DNA of 64,000 nucleotides from Sedimentisphaerales bacterium (GTDB lineage: Bacteria > Planctomycetota > Phycisphaerae > Sedimentisphaerales > Anaerobacaceae). The position numbers and the translations under genes are program-made. The notes under the pieces were generated by a model. The model was not told where the DNA came from and did not search any database. It was given only the letters and a program-made list of their open reading frames with translations. The DNA lies in the NCBI GenBank assembly GCA_963708075.1, contig OY970194.1, positions 5,536,001-5,600,000 of the forward strand, given 5' to 3'. Shown here piece after piece: positions 24,246 through 36,096 of the stretch; within the stretch, counting starts at the first letter, position 1; each line of letters opens with the position of its first letter.

Positions 24246-27211
24246 TCAGAGCGGCTTGTACACGGGCGCCGTTCTGTCGGCCAGGCCGGCCACTTCCGCC
24301 CCGGTCAGCGGGCGGTTATAGATCCGCACGTCATCGACCGATCCGCGCATGGGCTCGGTGGGGTAGTCGATGCCGATTCGCAGATCCTCTCCGACGGCCA
24401 TGAACAGCGGGGTGCCCGTGACCACCATGGTCCTGACCAGGATGCCATTGACGTACATCTCGACCGTGTCGGCGGGGTCATCAAGTACATAGCAGATGTG
24501 ATACCACTCACCCGTCGAGAGAGCCGCCGGGACATCGATGGTCGTACTCAACCAGGCGGTTCCGTTGCCGATGTCGGCGTGAACGAGGGTGGCGCTGACC
24601 TTCAGATCGAACGTGTATTCACCGTTGAATCGCGTTCCTATGATTCCGCGATTGCCGGCGATGTCGGAGACGTTCACCCAGGCCGCTACGGTGAAGGTGT
24701 TGAGTGCCAGATCGGCCGCGTAGGGCACGTTGATGTACTGGTCGAGCGTAACGTTCAGCGCCTGACCGAACTTGCCGTCCACGAATGTCGGCACGTTGAC
24801 CAGCGTGCCATTGTGTTTGCCGGTCGCATCCTTGCCATCCCCGTCGAGAAGATAGTGGGCCACCAGGCCGGCCGTACTCGGAGCAGCCGGCGCAGTCATT
24901 TCAACAGGCTTGGGGTACAACCGGATATCATCGATGAGCAGCGTGCCGGCTGCCCCGGCGCCCTCGATGCCGATCGTCAGCTTCGAGACGCTCTTCAGGT
25001 TGACGCCGGCCTTGGCCAGGTCGACGGCAAATGTCACCCACATGGGCTGCCGGAGATCACCCGCGGCACCCTCGTAGAACAACTTGGCGCCGTTGTTGAC
25101 CTGGACATACAGTTGGGCGTCCTTGTTGTCCGCCATGCCGGTGAAATACAGGGCCAGCGACTGGATGCCATGTTTGGTCCAGTCCTGCGGCTCGTCGAAC
25201 GTGCGTGTCGTCCCGGAGGTCGCCTTGCCCTCGTAGCCGTAATAGAACGGCGCGGACAGGCTGCCGCCGTGGATCCTCCTGGTCTCCATGATGTCGCCTG
25301 CCTGCGGGTCATAGCCGATCAGCGCGCCGGTCCCATTGCCGTCGTTGCCCTTCGGGAAGAAGTCGTCCGGCGAGAACCCCAGGCCGTCGATCCAGGTCTG
25401 GAAGACCCGCATCGGCGATTCGTTCGTATAGCTCTCAAAATCATCGAGCGCAATAAACGGTTCTGCGGTGAAGCTCCAGACATCGCTTTCCCAGACGGCC
25501 GGATCTTCGGCGGCATTAGCCTCGACCACCTGCCAGTAATAGGTCTTTCCGAGATCCACGTCGACCTCGCAGGTCGGCTCGGTCACTGTGGCGACCCTGG
25601 TGAGATTGTTCGGATCGACGCCCAGGTACACGTCGTGCGTTGCCGCTTCGCGCCCATAGCGCCAGCTCAGCATCGCCGCCGCAGCCACGTTGGAGGTGTT
25701 GTTCGCCGGCTGGGGCTGCCGCGCCCGCACCGGCACGAAGAAGAAGCGCACCTCGCTCAGGCTATACTGCTTGACCTTGCCGCCCCAGTTGCTCTTGATT
25801 GTCAACTTGACATACTTGGCGATGGCTCCGCCGAAATCCACGGGTTTGTCGCCCGCATACGCCGGCGTGCCGGACGCCCTGCCAATCACATAGTCGCCCA
25901 AGGCTTTCCAGGTGTTGGCGTCTGTGGAGTATTCGATGGTGACGTCTTTCGCCCCGACCCCGAAGAGGCTTTCGTAGGTCTGGTTGGAGTTCCAGACCAC
26001 CATCTGGTCCAGTTTGTGGACCCGGTCAAACTCGTACTGAATCCACGGCTGCGGGTCGGAGGCTCTGCTGAGCCACATGTCCGCGGCCACGGTCGAGTGC
26101 TGCCCGGCGGGGTTCAGGCCGGAGCCATCAACCGTCTTTTGAGGCAGGCTGTTCTTGTCATAGGTACTCGAGGCCGTGACCTTGACATCCGTGACGGCAT
26201 AGGAGCGAGGCTCGACCGCAAAGCTCCACACCCTGCCCGCATAGATTGTGTTGTCCGGCGGCGCATTGACTTCGTCGATGCGCCAATAGTAGGTCTGTCC
26301 GAAGGCAAGCCGGCCCGGATCAAACGTATTGGCATCCTGAGCCTGGCTGACGAGCACGCCTCTGGGATCGGTCCTGCCGGCCGCCGTGACATCCGCCAGC
26401 GATGTTCCAAGGTACACGTCGTGCTTGGCGGCCCAGGGGCCGGGGGTCCACGAAAGGACGACGCCATCGCGCAGCAGGTCGGTCTGGCCGTCGGCCGGAC
26501 TGGGATGGGACGCCAACCCGGGTCCGAGAAGGACCTCATTGGTGATGCCGTAGAAGTGCATGCCGTAATTAGTGACGGTAACGGTGAACTGGAACGTGAC
26601 GTCCGTGTCGTCGGCGGTAAACGTGTAGTCCAGGTAGTGAGCCCCGCCGGCATCCTCCCAGAAGCTCATCGTATCGACGAATGCGCCGTTCCTATCTCCA
26701 TCCGCTTTGAGGTTGAAGACCCTCGATGCATCCGAAGGCTCCGTCCATGTGCGATAGTAGAAGCGGGTGGAATATGTCGTCCTGGGGACTAGATTCGACA
26801 GTGTCAGCCGCATGGCGTCGCCCACAGCCGGGGAGGCGTGATAGACCATGTCCCACAGTAATTCTACGCAACCTCCATCCGCCTGAGTGGACGGGTCGCT
26901 GCCCGCGTGGGTCGCTGAGATGTTCGTCGTGGCCCGCGTGTCTGAGATCGTATAGCCATACCCTTGGCTGCTGGTGCCGGTATACGCGGCGGTCAGGTTG
27001 GCGGTCGGTCCCCGTTCGAAAACGACCCCATTGATCGTAGTGGCGCACGGCTGCCGAAGTCGAAGGCGTGGGTGTACGTCTTACTGGTGCTGATGCCCGT
27101 GGCGGCGTCGGTGCCCTTCGCCGGCAGATCAACGATGGTGAATGTCCCGGCCTGGGCGGTCATGCCCACCGCCAGCAGACAACAGATGACGATGAAGAAT
27201 CGTTTACACAT
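24246..27211 (-). CDS. Secreted F5-8/LamG multidomain protein (frameshift near 27040); tandem paralog of 27395..30364
   Basis: MCKRFFIVI signal peptide; collinear with the paralog; one base is missing near 27040. Confidence 0.85.
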
Positions 27212-27307
27212 GGCCTCGGCCCTCCAAAACAGCAAGGATACACATTGCCTGATGCTCCATGAATGCACGCACGATATCAGATAGGTCATGTTCCTGCACG
27301 CAGCCGA

Positions 27308-27340
27308 GGCCTGGACCCGTGGTTCGCACGGGTCCAGGCC
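27308..27340. terminator. GC-rich hairpin between the tandem paralogs (terminator or processing stem; no U-tract)
   Basis: GGCCTGGACCCGTG-GTTCG-CACGGGTCCAGGCC, a perfect 14-bp stem. Confidence 0.4.
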
Positions 27341-27394
27341 CCGGAGATGCGCGTGTACTGCGCGTTTCTATCCTGCCGGTTCCCTGACCACCGA

Positions 27395-30364
27395 TCAGAA
27401 CGGTGTGTACACGGGGGCCGTTCTGTCGGCCAGGCCGGCCACTTCCGCCCCGGTCAATGGGCGGTTGTAGATGCGGACATCATCGATGCTGCCGCGGAAG
27501 ACCTCGCCGGGATAGTCCACGCCGATCCGCAGGTCCTGCCCGGACTTCATCATCAACGGCACGCCGGTAACGGTCATCTTCCTGGCCAGCATGCCGTTGA
27601 GGTACATCTCGACCGTGTCGGCGGGGTCATCGAACACGTAGCAAATGTGGTACCACTCGCCTGTCGAGAGGGCCACCGGGATATCGACAGCCGTATTCAA
27701 CCAGGCGGTCCCATTGCCGATGTCGGCGTGAACGAGGGCGGCGCTGACCTTCAGATCGAAGGTGGTATCGCCGTTGAAACGGGTCCCTATGATTCCGCGG
27801 TTGCCGGCGATGTCGGAGACGTTCACCCAGACTGCCACGCTGAAAGTGTTGAGTGACAGGTCGGCCGCGTAGGGCACGTTGACGTGCTGGTCGAGGGTGA
27901 CGTTCAGCGCCTGGCCGAACTTGCCGTCCACGAATGTCGGTACATTGACCAGCGTGCCATTATGAGCACCGGTCGCATCCTTGCCGTCCCCATCGAGAAG
28001 ATAATGGGCCACCAGGCCGGTCGTACCCGGGGCAGCCGCCGTAATCAACGCGACAGGTTTGGCGTACAGTCGGATGTTATCGATGAGCAGCGTACCGGTT
28101 GCACCGGCGCCCTCGACGCCGACCGTCAGCTTCGAAACGCTCTTCAGGTCGACACCGGCCGCGGCCAGATCGGCGGCGAATGTCACCCAGATGGGCTGCC
28201 GGAGATCATCTGCAGCGCCCTGGAAGGACAGCTTGGCGCCATTGTTGATTCGGACATATAGTTGGGCGCCCTTGTTAGCGTTCATGCCGGTGAAATACAC
28301 AACCAGCGACTGGATGGCGTGCTTGGTCCAATCCTGTGGCTCATCGAACGTGCGTGTCGTTTCGGAGGTCGCCTTGCCGTCCGCGCCGTAATAGAACGGC
28401 ATCGACAGGCTGCCACCGTGGACCCTCTTGGTCTCCATGACGTTGCCCGACAGCGGATCATAACCGACCAGCGCGCCGGTCCCATTGCCATCGTTGCCCT
28501 TCGGGAAGAACTCGTCCGGTGAGAAGCCTACGCCGTCGATCCAGGTCTGAAAGACCCGAGTGGGCGAGTCATTCGTATAGCTCTCAAAATTATCGAGCGT
28601 GATATACGACTGTGCGGTGAAGCTCCAGACATCGCTTTCCCAGACAGCCGGATCTTCGGCGGCATTGACTTCGACCACTTTCCAATAATACTTCTTGCCG
28701 AGATCCACTCCGACCTCACAGGACGGGTCGGTCACTGTGGCTGCCAGGGCCAGGGCGTTCGGATCGGTGCCGAGATAAACCTCGTGCGTTGCCGCCTGCC
28801 GCCCGTAACGCCAGCTCAGAGTGGCCATGGCGGCCACATTGGTGGCGTTATTCGCCGGCAGGGGCTGTCGTGCCTGCATCGGTACGGAGGAGAAGCGCAC
28901 TTCGCTCAGGCTGTACATCGGCATAAGGCCGCCGCCCCAGTTGCTTTTGATCGTCAATTTGACGTACTTGGCGACCGCGCCGCCAAAGTCCACGGGCGTG
29001 TCGCCCGCATAGTCCTCCGTGCCCGGCGCCTGGCCGATCACATAGTCGCCCAGGACCTTCCAGGTGGTGGCGTCCGTGGAGTATTCGATAGTGACGTCCT
29101 TCGCCCCGAGCCCGAACAGGCTTTCCGCCGCCTGGTTGGAGTTCCAGACTATCATCTGGTCCAGGCTTTGGACTCGGTCAAATTCGTACTGGATCCACGG
29201 CTGCGGGTCGGCGGCGTTGCTGAGCCACATATCCTCAGGCTTAATCGAGTGCTGGCCCGTGGCGTTCAGGCCGGAGCCGTCGATCGTCTTTTCAGGCTGG
29301 CTGTTCGGATCGTTGAAACTCGAAGCGGTGACCTTGAGATTCGTGACGGTATAGGAGTGAGGCTCGACCGTGAAGCTCCAGATCTTGCCTGCATAGATCG
29401 TGTTGTCCGGTGCGGCATTGACCTCATCGACGCGCCAATAGTAGGTCTGTCCGAACACAAGCCGGCCTGGATCGAACGTATTGGCATTCTGAGCCTGGCT
29501 GACCAGCACGCCTCTGGGATCGGCCCTGCCGGCCGCCGCAACGTCCGCCTGTGACGTCCCAACGTACACGTCGTGCGTGGCGGCAAAGAGGCCCGAGGTC
29601 CACGAAAGAGCCGTGTCGCGCAGCACGTCGGTCTGGCCGGTCGCCGGACTTGGCTGTGAGGCACACGCGGGTTCGCGAACGACCTCATTGGTAAAGCCAT
29701 AGATGTGCACGCCGTAGTTGGCGATGGTGGTGATGAACTGGAACATGACATCCGTATCGTCGGCGGTAAATGTATAATTGACGTAATGAGCCCCGCCGGC
29801 GTCAAGCCAGACGTTGATCACATCGGAGAAAGTGCCATTGCTCTCTCCATCCGCTTTGAAATCGAGTTTTCTCGACGCGTCCGGCCCCGTGAGGGACCAG
29901 TTGCGATAATAGAATCGCGTCGAATAGACCGTCCCGGGGACGAGGTTCGACAACGTCAGCTTGATGCCCTGGTTTATGACCGACGCACCGTGATAGATCA
30001 TGTCCCACAACAACTCTTTGGAATTTCCATCCACCTGGGCGGACGGGTCGTTGCCCGCGTGGGTTGCTTGAATGTTCATAGTGGCCCGCGTGTCGGCGAT
30101 TGTGTAGCCATACCCTTGGCGGCTGGTGCGGGTATAAGCGGCGGTCAGGTTGGCCGTCGGCCCCCGCTCAAAAACAACACCGTTGATCGTGACAGGCGCA
30201 CGGCTGCCAAAGTCAAAGGCGTGGGTGTACGTCTTATTGCCGTTGATGCCGATGGCGGCATCTGTGCCCGTCGCGGGCAGATCGACGATGGTGAATGTTG
30301 CGGCCTGCGCCGTCAAGCCCGCCGTCAGCAGGCAACACAAGGAGATGCTGATTCGTTTCCACAT
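27395..30364 (-). CDS. Secreted F5-8/LamG multidomain protein
   Basis: GGAGGA RBS and MWKRISISL signal peptide; YYWRVDEVN module, F5/8 and a C-terminal LamG. Confidence 0.88.
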   Translation of the reverse strand: MWKRISISLCCLLTAGLTAQAATFTIVDLPATGTDAAIGINGNKTYTHAFDFGSRAPVTINGVVFERGPTANLTAAYTRTSRQGYGYTIADTRATMNIQATHAGNDPSAQVDGNSKELLWDMIYHGASVINQGIKLTLSNLVPGTVYSTRFYYRNWSLTGPDASRKLDFKADGESNGTFSDVINVWLDAGGAHYVNYTFTADDTDVMFQFITTIANYGVHIYGFTNEVVREPACASQPSPATGQTDVLRDTALSWTSGLFAATHDVYVGTSQADVAAAGRADPRGVLVSQAQNANTFDPGRLVFGQTYYWRVDEVNAAPDNTIYAGKIWSFTVEPHSYTVTNLKVTASSFNDPNSQPEKTIDGSGLNATGQHSIKPEDMWLSNAADPQPWIQYEFDRVQSLDQMIVWNSNQAAESLFGLGAKDVTIEYSTDATTWKVLGDYVIGQAPGTEDYAGDTPVDFGGAVAKYVKLTIKSNWGGGLMPMYSLSEVRFSSVPMQARQPLPANNATNVAAMATLSWRYGRQAATHEVYLGTDPNALALAATVTDPSCEVGVDLGKKYYWKVVEVNAAEDPAVWESDVWSFTAQSYITLDNFESYTNDSPTRVFQTWIDGVGFSPDEFFPKGNDGNGTGALVGYDPLSGNVMETKRVHGGSLSMPFYYGADGKATSETTRTFDEPQDWTKHAIQSLVVYFTGMNANKGAQLYVRINNGAKLSFQGAADDLRQPIWVTFAADLAAAGVDLKSVSKLTVGVEGAGATGTLLIDNIRLYAKPVALITAAAPGTTGLVAHYLLDGDGKDATGAHNGTLVNVPTFVDGKFGQALNVTLDQHVNVPYAADLSLNTFSVAVWVNVSDIAGNRGIIGTRFNGDTTFDLKVSAALVHADIGNGTAWLNTAVDIPVALSTGEWYHICYVFDDPADTVEMYLNGMLARKMTVTGVPLMMKSGQDLRIGVDYPGEVFRGSIDDVRIYNRPLTGAEVAGLADRTAPVYTPF

Positions 30365-30504
30365 GGTTTGATCCTCCGAAGGCAACACACACAGGGGATT
30401 CCACACGCTTGTCACGATGTACCAAGCATGAACAATTCTCCAAAGCCCTTCCTCATGCCTCCACCCGTACGGCCTCTCCGCACGTACACTCACACATTCT
30501 TAAC

Positions 30505-30562
30505 ACTATAGGCCATTTCCCGCCACAACTCCAGCAGGAAGCGCCCTTGTTTTGCGACATTC
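30505..30562 (-). promoter_or_regulatory. Putative AraC-activated promoter
   Basis: GAATGTCGCAAAACAAGGG (minus, 30562-30544) is identical to 36009-36027; -10 TATAGT at 30510-30505. Confidence 0.7.
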
Positions 30563-30574
30563 TCTCCCCCCGTG

Positions 30575-33500
30575 TCACTGCCCGGACGTCAGCGTAATGG
30601 CGACGGTCGCCAGCAGCTCGCCCCGGCCATCATATGCTCCCAGCGTATACGGGCCCGGGGCAAGGTCGGCTGGAAGCCGGGTCTCCCAGGACGTCAGATT
30701 GGACCAGTCCAGAGCCAGCGTCTGACTTGTTTCCACGATGCGGACCTCCTGTACATCGATCCACCCCCGCCCCCGGACCGGCGTGGAAAGCGACGGCAGG
30801 ACCCTGTCGGCGGGCGTGGTGACGGCAAATGGAATGGGCGGGCCGGCCTTGGCCATGATCTGGCTCATCGCATTCTGACTGCGGCCGTCGATGTAATCCA
30901 GCCAGCCGGACCACCCCTGTTCCGGCAGCAACTGCCCGTAGTGCGACGCCCACGTGGACAGGTACGTCCGGTTGAAGCTGACCTGCAGGAACTGGTACAC
31001 GTGTCCGTAGAAAGCGTGGGCCCAGGTGGGCGTCTGGAGGAGCTTGCGCAGCACGTCGTTACTCTCCAAGGCCTTGTTCTGCTGGAACGCAAAGTCCAGG
31101 TCGTGCAGGAAGTATAGAACTCTCTTATCGGTGGGCCGGAAATAGAACATGGCGTTGTGCTGCGAATTGCTGATCCAGTTGTCGCCGACGCCGGTGGTTG
31201 ATCCCACGGCGAATGCGCAGAGCCACTGATCCACGTCGATCATCTCTGGGACGGCCTCGGCAAATGCACTGGAGCTGAGACTGAGCGTTCGCGTCAGATC
31301 GATCACGGGACCATAGTCGTCCATGTCCCGATTGTTCTTGATCAGGAAGTGCCAGCGGTATTTCTCCTTGTCGGTCCCGAGGTAGTCGGTGACATTCCGC
31401 CCATACACGCCGCCGCCTTCCTGGGGAATCTTGAGCCCCTCAGGATCGTTGCCGACGGTCTGGGCCAGGGTGTACACCAACTCGTATTCGAAGACCGTGC
31501 CGCTGCCGCCGTCATCGCCATAGGCTTCCTTGCAATAGACCGGGCCGTAGCGGGCCAATTGGACTTCGGCGCCGCTGCAATACTGCTCCCTCGGGGCGAT
31601 CAGGTAGCCGAGGTCGTGGTACTTGGAGAACCCGCCGAAGCGGTTCATGGCCGTGTGGAAGAACATCTCCCGCTGGCCCGTCTCCTGGCCGTCGGACCGG
31701 TCGAAGCCGACGCTCTGATGCACGCCCCGGAACAGTTTCTCCGGGCTGAATTCGATCTGGAAGCCGATGCGCGCGTCCTTGGGCCGGCCGTGCTCGCTGC
31801 CTTTGAGTCGCACCCCGACGTCGTAGTACACGTCCTGCTCGTTCACGATCAACGTGGCCCCGATGTGCTCGTTGCTCATCAGGTTGGTGGGCTCGAACAG
31901 GAAATTGGTCTGCTCATCGCGCATGACAATGCGATAGTTGAACACCCCCGTGGTTCTCGGCGCAAATGGACCTGTGACTTGGCCCCATGGCGGCCGGGTC
32001 CAACCGGTGGAATCGGCGTCCAAGACGCGGTACTGGGCAAACGACGCTTTTCCGGCGGCAGGGCAGAAGGCGCGGGCGCCTCGTTCGTCCACGGCTTCCA
32101 CGTAGAACTGAGCCAGAGTATGGCGCGGGTATCCGGGGACGACACCGACAAATGTAGGGGCGGGTTTCAAACCCGCCCGTAAAGACGCAACGTCTTGCGC
32201 CTCCACCATATTGGTGAATAGCCACTGTCCATTGTCCGGCCGGTACCACAAGATGACCCCAGCGATGCCATCGGGATCGCCGGCTTTGACCGACACCATC
32301 ACCGGCTCATTTGACAAAGGCACTGCGCGGCTGTGCTGAAGCTCTGTCAGCGTCGGTCCGATGTTCGCCTGATAGCATGAGTTGCGGCGTCCGGGGGTGC
32401 CTGATTTGTCCGGCACGGGAAGGACCGTCGTCCGGGCCAGCCGGTTAAAGAACAGCCGTGTGTGCAGCAGGGGAGAGCCTGTGATCCACTTCGCACGGAA
32501 GCGGACCTCGACCTCCCGGCCGTTGCTGACCTGTGCGTTGCCGACGAAGGTGGTCTCCGCGTGGTTGTGCATGTGCTCGGTAGGCCCGGTGGCGACCAGA
32601 TGCAGGACCGGATTGCCCGGATCGTTCGGGTCGGCCTGGATGTCGCTGAGGCGATGGCTGCCGATGATCCTCCAGCGGTCCAGCCCGCGCGAGAAGTCGC
32701 TGTTTTGCAGCAACTCTTGGGGCTGTCCCGCGGGATTTTCGATGACGTGGATGTCGTCTATGAGGATTTCACCTTCATCCAGAAGCCCCATGACGAATTC
32801 ATGATAGATGTTGTCGTTGCCGATCGAACTGGCCTGCACGACGCCGCGATAGGAGAACGACTGCCAGGTCGAGCGGGCCGATTCGTCGCTGGGGCCCCAG
32901 GCCGAGGCGCAGTCATTGTCTGCACGCGGATCGCGCAATTCCAGGCTGCTGCCGCCGCCGTCCGCCGCTGCCGGCCAGGTCCCCCCGTCATAGTAGCGCA
33001 CCTGATCGACCGGATTGCCCCTCGCGTCCAGGAGCTTCAGTTCCTCTCCATCGTTGGACAGTCGGCCCTCGAAATCGCCGAGAATCGGGACATCCGGAAA
33101 CAGCCCGGCGAGGTACGCCCGGTCCTTGGCCACGATCAGGTACCCGCCCGCCGGCAGGGAGGTCCTTTGAGGAAATACATAGGAGATTCCCTTGTCGAAC
33201 CTCCAGCCGGAAAGCTCCACCGCCTGCGTCCCTTTGTTGTAAAGCTCGACCCACGTTTTGGACTCGTCGTCTGTGCCGGTGGTCGATGCGGCCTGTGCCC
33301 CCGTGGCTTCCAGTGTGGTCTGAAACAGCAGGTCGGAGCTGGTGCTGCCGGCGTTGTGTCCCTCGATGGCCAGGATGTTAGTGCCGGGCTTCAGACGGGA
33401 TAAGTGAGCCGACACGTTGAAGCTCTGGTAGACTATCGCGTCCATATCATCATGGCCCGCGGTGGCCGGGTCGTTCCAGGCCGGCGAGGCGGACAGGTTG

Positions 33501-34907
33501 GCGCCGGCAATGAGCGTGCCGTTGAGAAAGGCCAGAAAGCCGTCGTCGTACCGCATCTTCAGCGTCAATGTCGTCAGCCGGGCGGGATCCGTGACCTCGA
33601 AGGGGATGCGGATATACACGGCATTGGCGAGTCTCAGCATCGCGGCCTGGACATCCGTATTGATGTAGGGCTCATATCCTGAAGTGGTTCTCGTAGCCGA
33701 CGCCGGTGCCCATGCCCTGAATCCAGGCGCGGTCGTCAAACGGCTCGGAGCCGCCGGTCCAGCGTCGTCCCAGGCTGTCATCCTGGGGGACCAGGACCTT
33801 TATCGCGGCCTTCTCGTCCACCAGGAACAAGGCTTGGACCGTGTCGGACTGAGGCGCCCGCAGGGGATGGTACATGATCTCATTGATCACGATATCCACA
33901 CACAGCTCGACTTGATTGGGCTGCCCCGGGGTAGCCAGTGCTGGAGAGACCCATGGACCTGTCCCGGCGGGATGCCGGCCGGTCACCACGCCGGAGACCG
34001 GTACCGCGTCGGATATGCGTCCATCGCCCGAGCCCAGGAAAAGCCGGTCTCCCCGTGTCGGCACGAATCCCAGATCGCTTGACGTAACCACAACATACCC
34101 GCCGGGGGCCAGATTGCTATCTTCGAAGGTGTATACGGAATCGCGCGAGCCTTGCACCTCAATCCAGGCATCCGCCATCGCGACCGCTTCAGTTCCGGCG
34201 TTGACGATCTCCAGAAAGAAGGGGGACTGGCCGTCGGGACAGACTTCGTTGAAGCGCAACGGCCGCAGCGGCGGTGCGGCGTCTGCGAAGTTCGTGGCCC
34301 CGGGCGTGCCATTGGGCTCATCGCTCCAGGTCCAGTGGGACGCTGTCTCGCTCTCGCGCTCCGGATCGATTTTGGCCAGGCTGACGCCGCCGCCATCCGG
34401 CGCGAGGGGCCAATCGCCATCGTCATCGTAGCGGACCCGGTTCATTAGACGCCCGCTGTTATTCTCCAGGCGGATTTCTTCGCCTCCGTTGGAGAGCTGC
34501 CCTTGGAATGGTTCCAGGACCAGTCCCGGGATTCCCTGCAGGTTGCCCTCGATGGACGAGGCGACAACCGCGTAGGAATTGGCGGCAAGAATTGTCCCTT
34601 CGGGGAACACGTACTCGACGGCTCCGGTGAGTGACCAGCCGGATACGTCCACACGGGTCCCCATCTGGTTGTGAAGCTCGATCCATTCCGGCTCGCCGGC
34701 TCGCGGGTGGTACATGATCTCGTTGATCACAACCACGCTGTCCGCACTGAGCACGCCGGGCAGATAGAGTTGGACTGCCAGCGCCAGGAACAGGCCGACG
34801 CAGCCGTGACGGCCGGATGTACGGGCGGGTTTGAAACCCGCCCCTACGGAATGCACAATCGGCGGCAGATGCGAGATTCGAAACTCGGAATTCGATATTT
34901 GACTCAT
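30575..34907 (-). CDS. Large secreted lamin-tail-domain / CotH kinase-like protein (frameshift at 33686-33692)
   Basis: Repeated INEIMYHP lamin-tail domains and a CotH region (VGVRLKGS, LHDLD). ORFs 33672..34907 and 30575..33781 join on removing one base (GVGYETTSGYEP). Confidence 0.85.
32154..32206. repeat. Two overlapping REP palindromes inside coding sequence
   Basis: GTAGGGGCGGGTTTCAAACCCGCCCGTA overlapping GTAAAGACGCAACGTCTTGCGCCTCCAC. Confidence 0.8.
34819..34847. repeat. REP palindrome within the 5' end of the CotH gene
   Basis: GTACGGGCGGGTTTGAAACCCGCCCCTAC, 1 mismatch to 14215-14243. Confidence 0.85.
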
Positions 34908-34960
34908 GGCTGCTTCAGCCGTCCTCCTTTACCCGTGCTGCGGAATCTGTCTGTCGCTCT

Positions 34961-35015
34961 ATTGTAGACTATTTGCCTCGACGCTACAATAGGTGACAGC
35001 ACTTGCTTTGCGACA
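34961..35015. promoter_or_regulatory. Divergent promoters (CotH gene / araC) with a putative AraC site
   Basis: Minus: TGTCGCAAAGCAAG (35015-35002) with -10 TACAAT (34966-34961). Plus: TTGTAG, 17 nt, TACAAT (34962-34990). Confidence 0.65.
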
Positions 35016-35049
35016 GGCTGACAAGAAACGAGTCCGTGCACCGTGCCAT

Positions 35050-35077
35050 GTAGGGGCGAATAATGATTCGCCCGTAC
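35050..35077. repeat. REP palindrome
   Basis: GTAGGGGCGAATAATGATTCGCCCGTAC. Confidence 0.8.
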
Positions 35078-35093
35078 TGCGACAGGAGCGGCC

Positions 35094-36008
35094 ATGTGCG
35101 AGCTGTACGAGTTCTACCATTACCTGCCGGTCAGTGACGATGCGATGCACTGGGGCATTTATGTCACCGGCGCCGGCCGGGGCCGGATTCCTGCCGAGCA
35201 AACCTACCCGCCGGTAGGTCACCCTTCCTTGTATCAGTTCGACTGGCAACGGGGGCGCACGTTGCCCGAATTTCAGATCATTTTCGTCACGGAGGGTCGG
35301 GGGGTGTTCGAGTCCGAGCCCACGGGCGAAAGGACCATCGATCCCAATACGGTGATTCTCCTGTTCCCCGGCGTCTGGCATCGATATCGTCCTGATCCGG
35401 CCACCGGCTGGGTGGAGCGGTGGATATCCCTGAATGGCGAGATGGCTCATCGGCTGGCAGATCAACGACTGGTGTCGCCCGGCCGGGCCGTCCATGCACT
35501 GCCCGACCCGCTGCAACTCATGCATCAGTTCGACCGCTTGCTCGATCGCATTCACGGCAAGCCCACCCAGAACTCTATCGCATTGTCCCTTCGTTCCATG
35601 GATCTGCTTGCCGAGGTGATCGAGCAGACTGATGCAGGGGCAGGCTTGAAACCCTCGCGTGCGCAGCAGGTCCACATGGCTGAGGACCCCTTGGTTGCCC
35701 AGGTCCTCGACCTGATCTGGACCCATAGCCATCGTCCGTTGTCTGTGGAGCAACTTGTCAGCAACCTGGCGGTGACCCGGCGGACGTTGGAGCGGCGGTT
35801 CGCCCTGGAACGGAACCACTCCATGCGGGATGAGATCAACCTGTGCCGGGTCAATCGGGCAAAGCGCCTGCTGAGTGAGACGGACCTGCCCGTCAAAACC
35901 GTGGCCTACCTGGCCGGATTCACCTGCCAGGAACGGATGCGGGTTACTTTCCTGAACCACGAAGACTGTTCACCGGCTGAATACCGCCGGCGGTCCGGAA
36001 AACGATAG
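35094..36008 (+). CDS. AraC family transcriptional regulator
   Basis: N-terminal cupin (LFPGVWHRY) and C-terminal double HTH ([21 protein letters not shown]). Confidence 0.92.
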   Translation: MCELYEFYHYLPVSDDAMHWGIYVTGAGRGRIPAEQTYPPVGHPSLYQFDWQRGRTLPEFQIIFVTEGRGVFESEPTGERTIDPNTVILLFPGVWHRYRPDPATGWVERWISLNGEMAHRLADQRLVSPGRAVHALPDPLQLMHQFDRLLDRIHGKPTQNSIALSLRSMDLLAEVIEQTDAGAGLKPSRAQQVHMAEDPLVAQVLDLIWTHSHRPLSVEQLVSNLAVTRRTLERRFALERNHSMRDEINLCRVNRAKRLLSETDLPVKTVAYLAGFTCQERMRVTFLNHEDCSPAEYRRRSGKR

Positions 36009-36065
36009 GAATGTCGCAAAACAAGGGTATGTTCGCTCCCCGCTGCGGATCATCCGAGGTATAAT
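36009..36065 (+). promoter_or_regulatory. Putative AraC-activated promoter
   Basis: GAATGTCGCAAAACAAGGG (36009-36027); -10 TATAAT at 36060-36065. Confidence 0.7.
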
Positions 36066-36096
36066 GATGGGAATTCAATGGGAGGACGGAGCTCGT

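Noticed and set aside
23781..26792. Very long antisense ORFs (also 8030..9817, 36962..38629, 49908..51698)
   Set aside because: Shadow frames of high-GC genes on the opposite strand, with no recognisable motifs.
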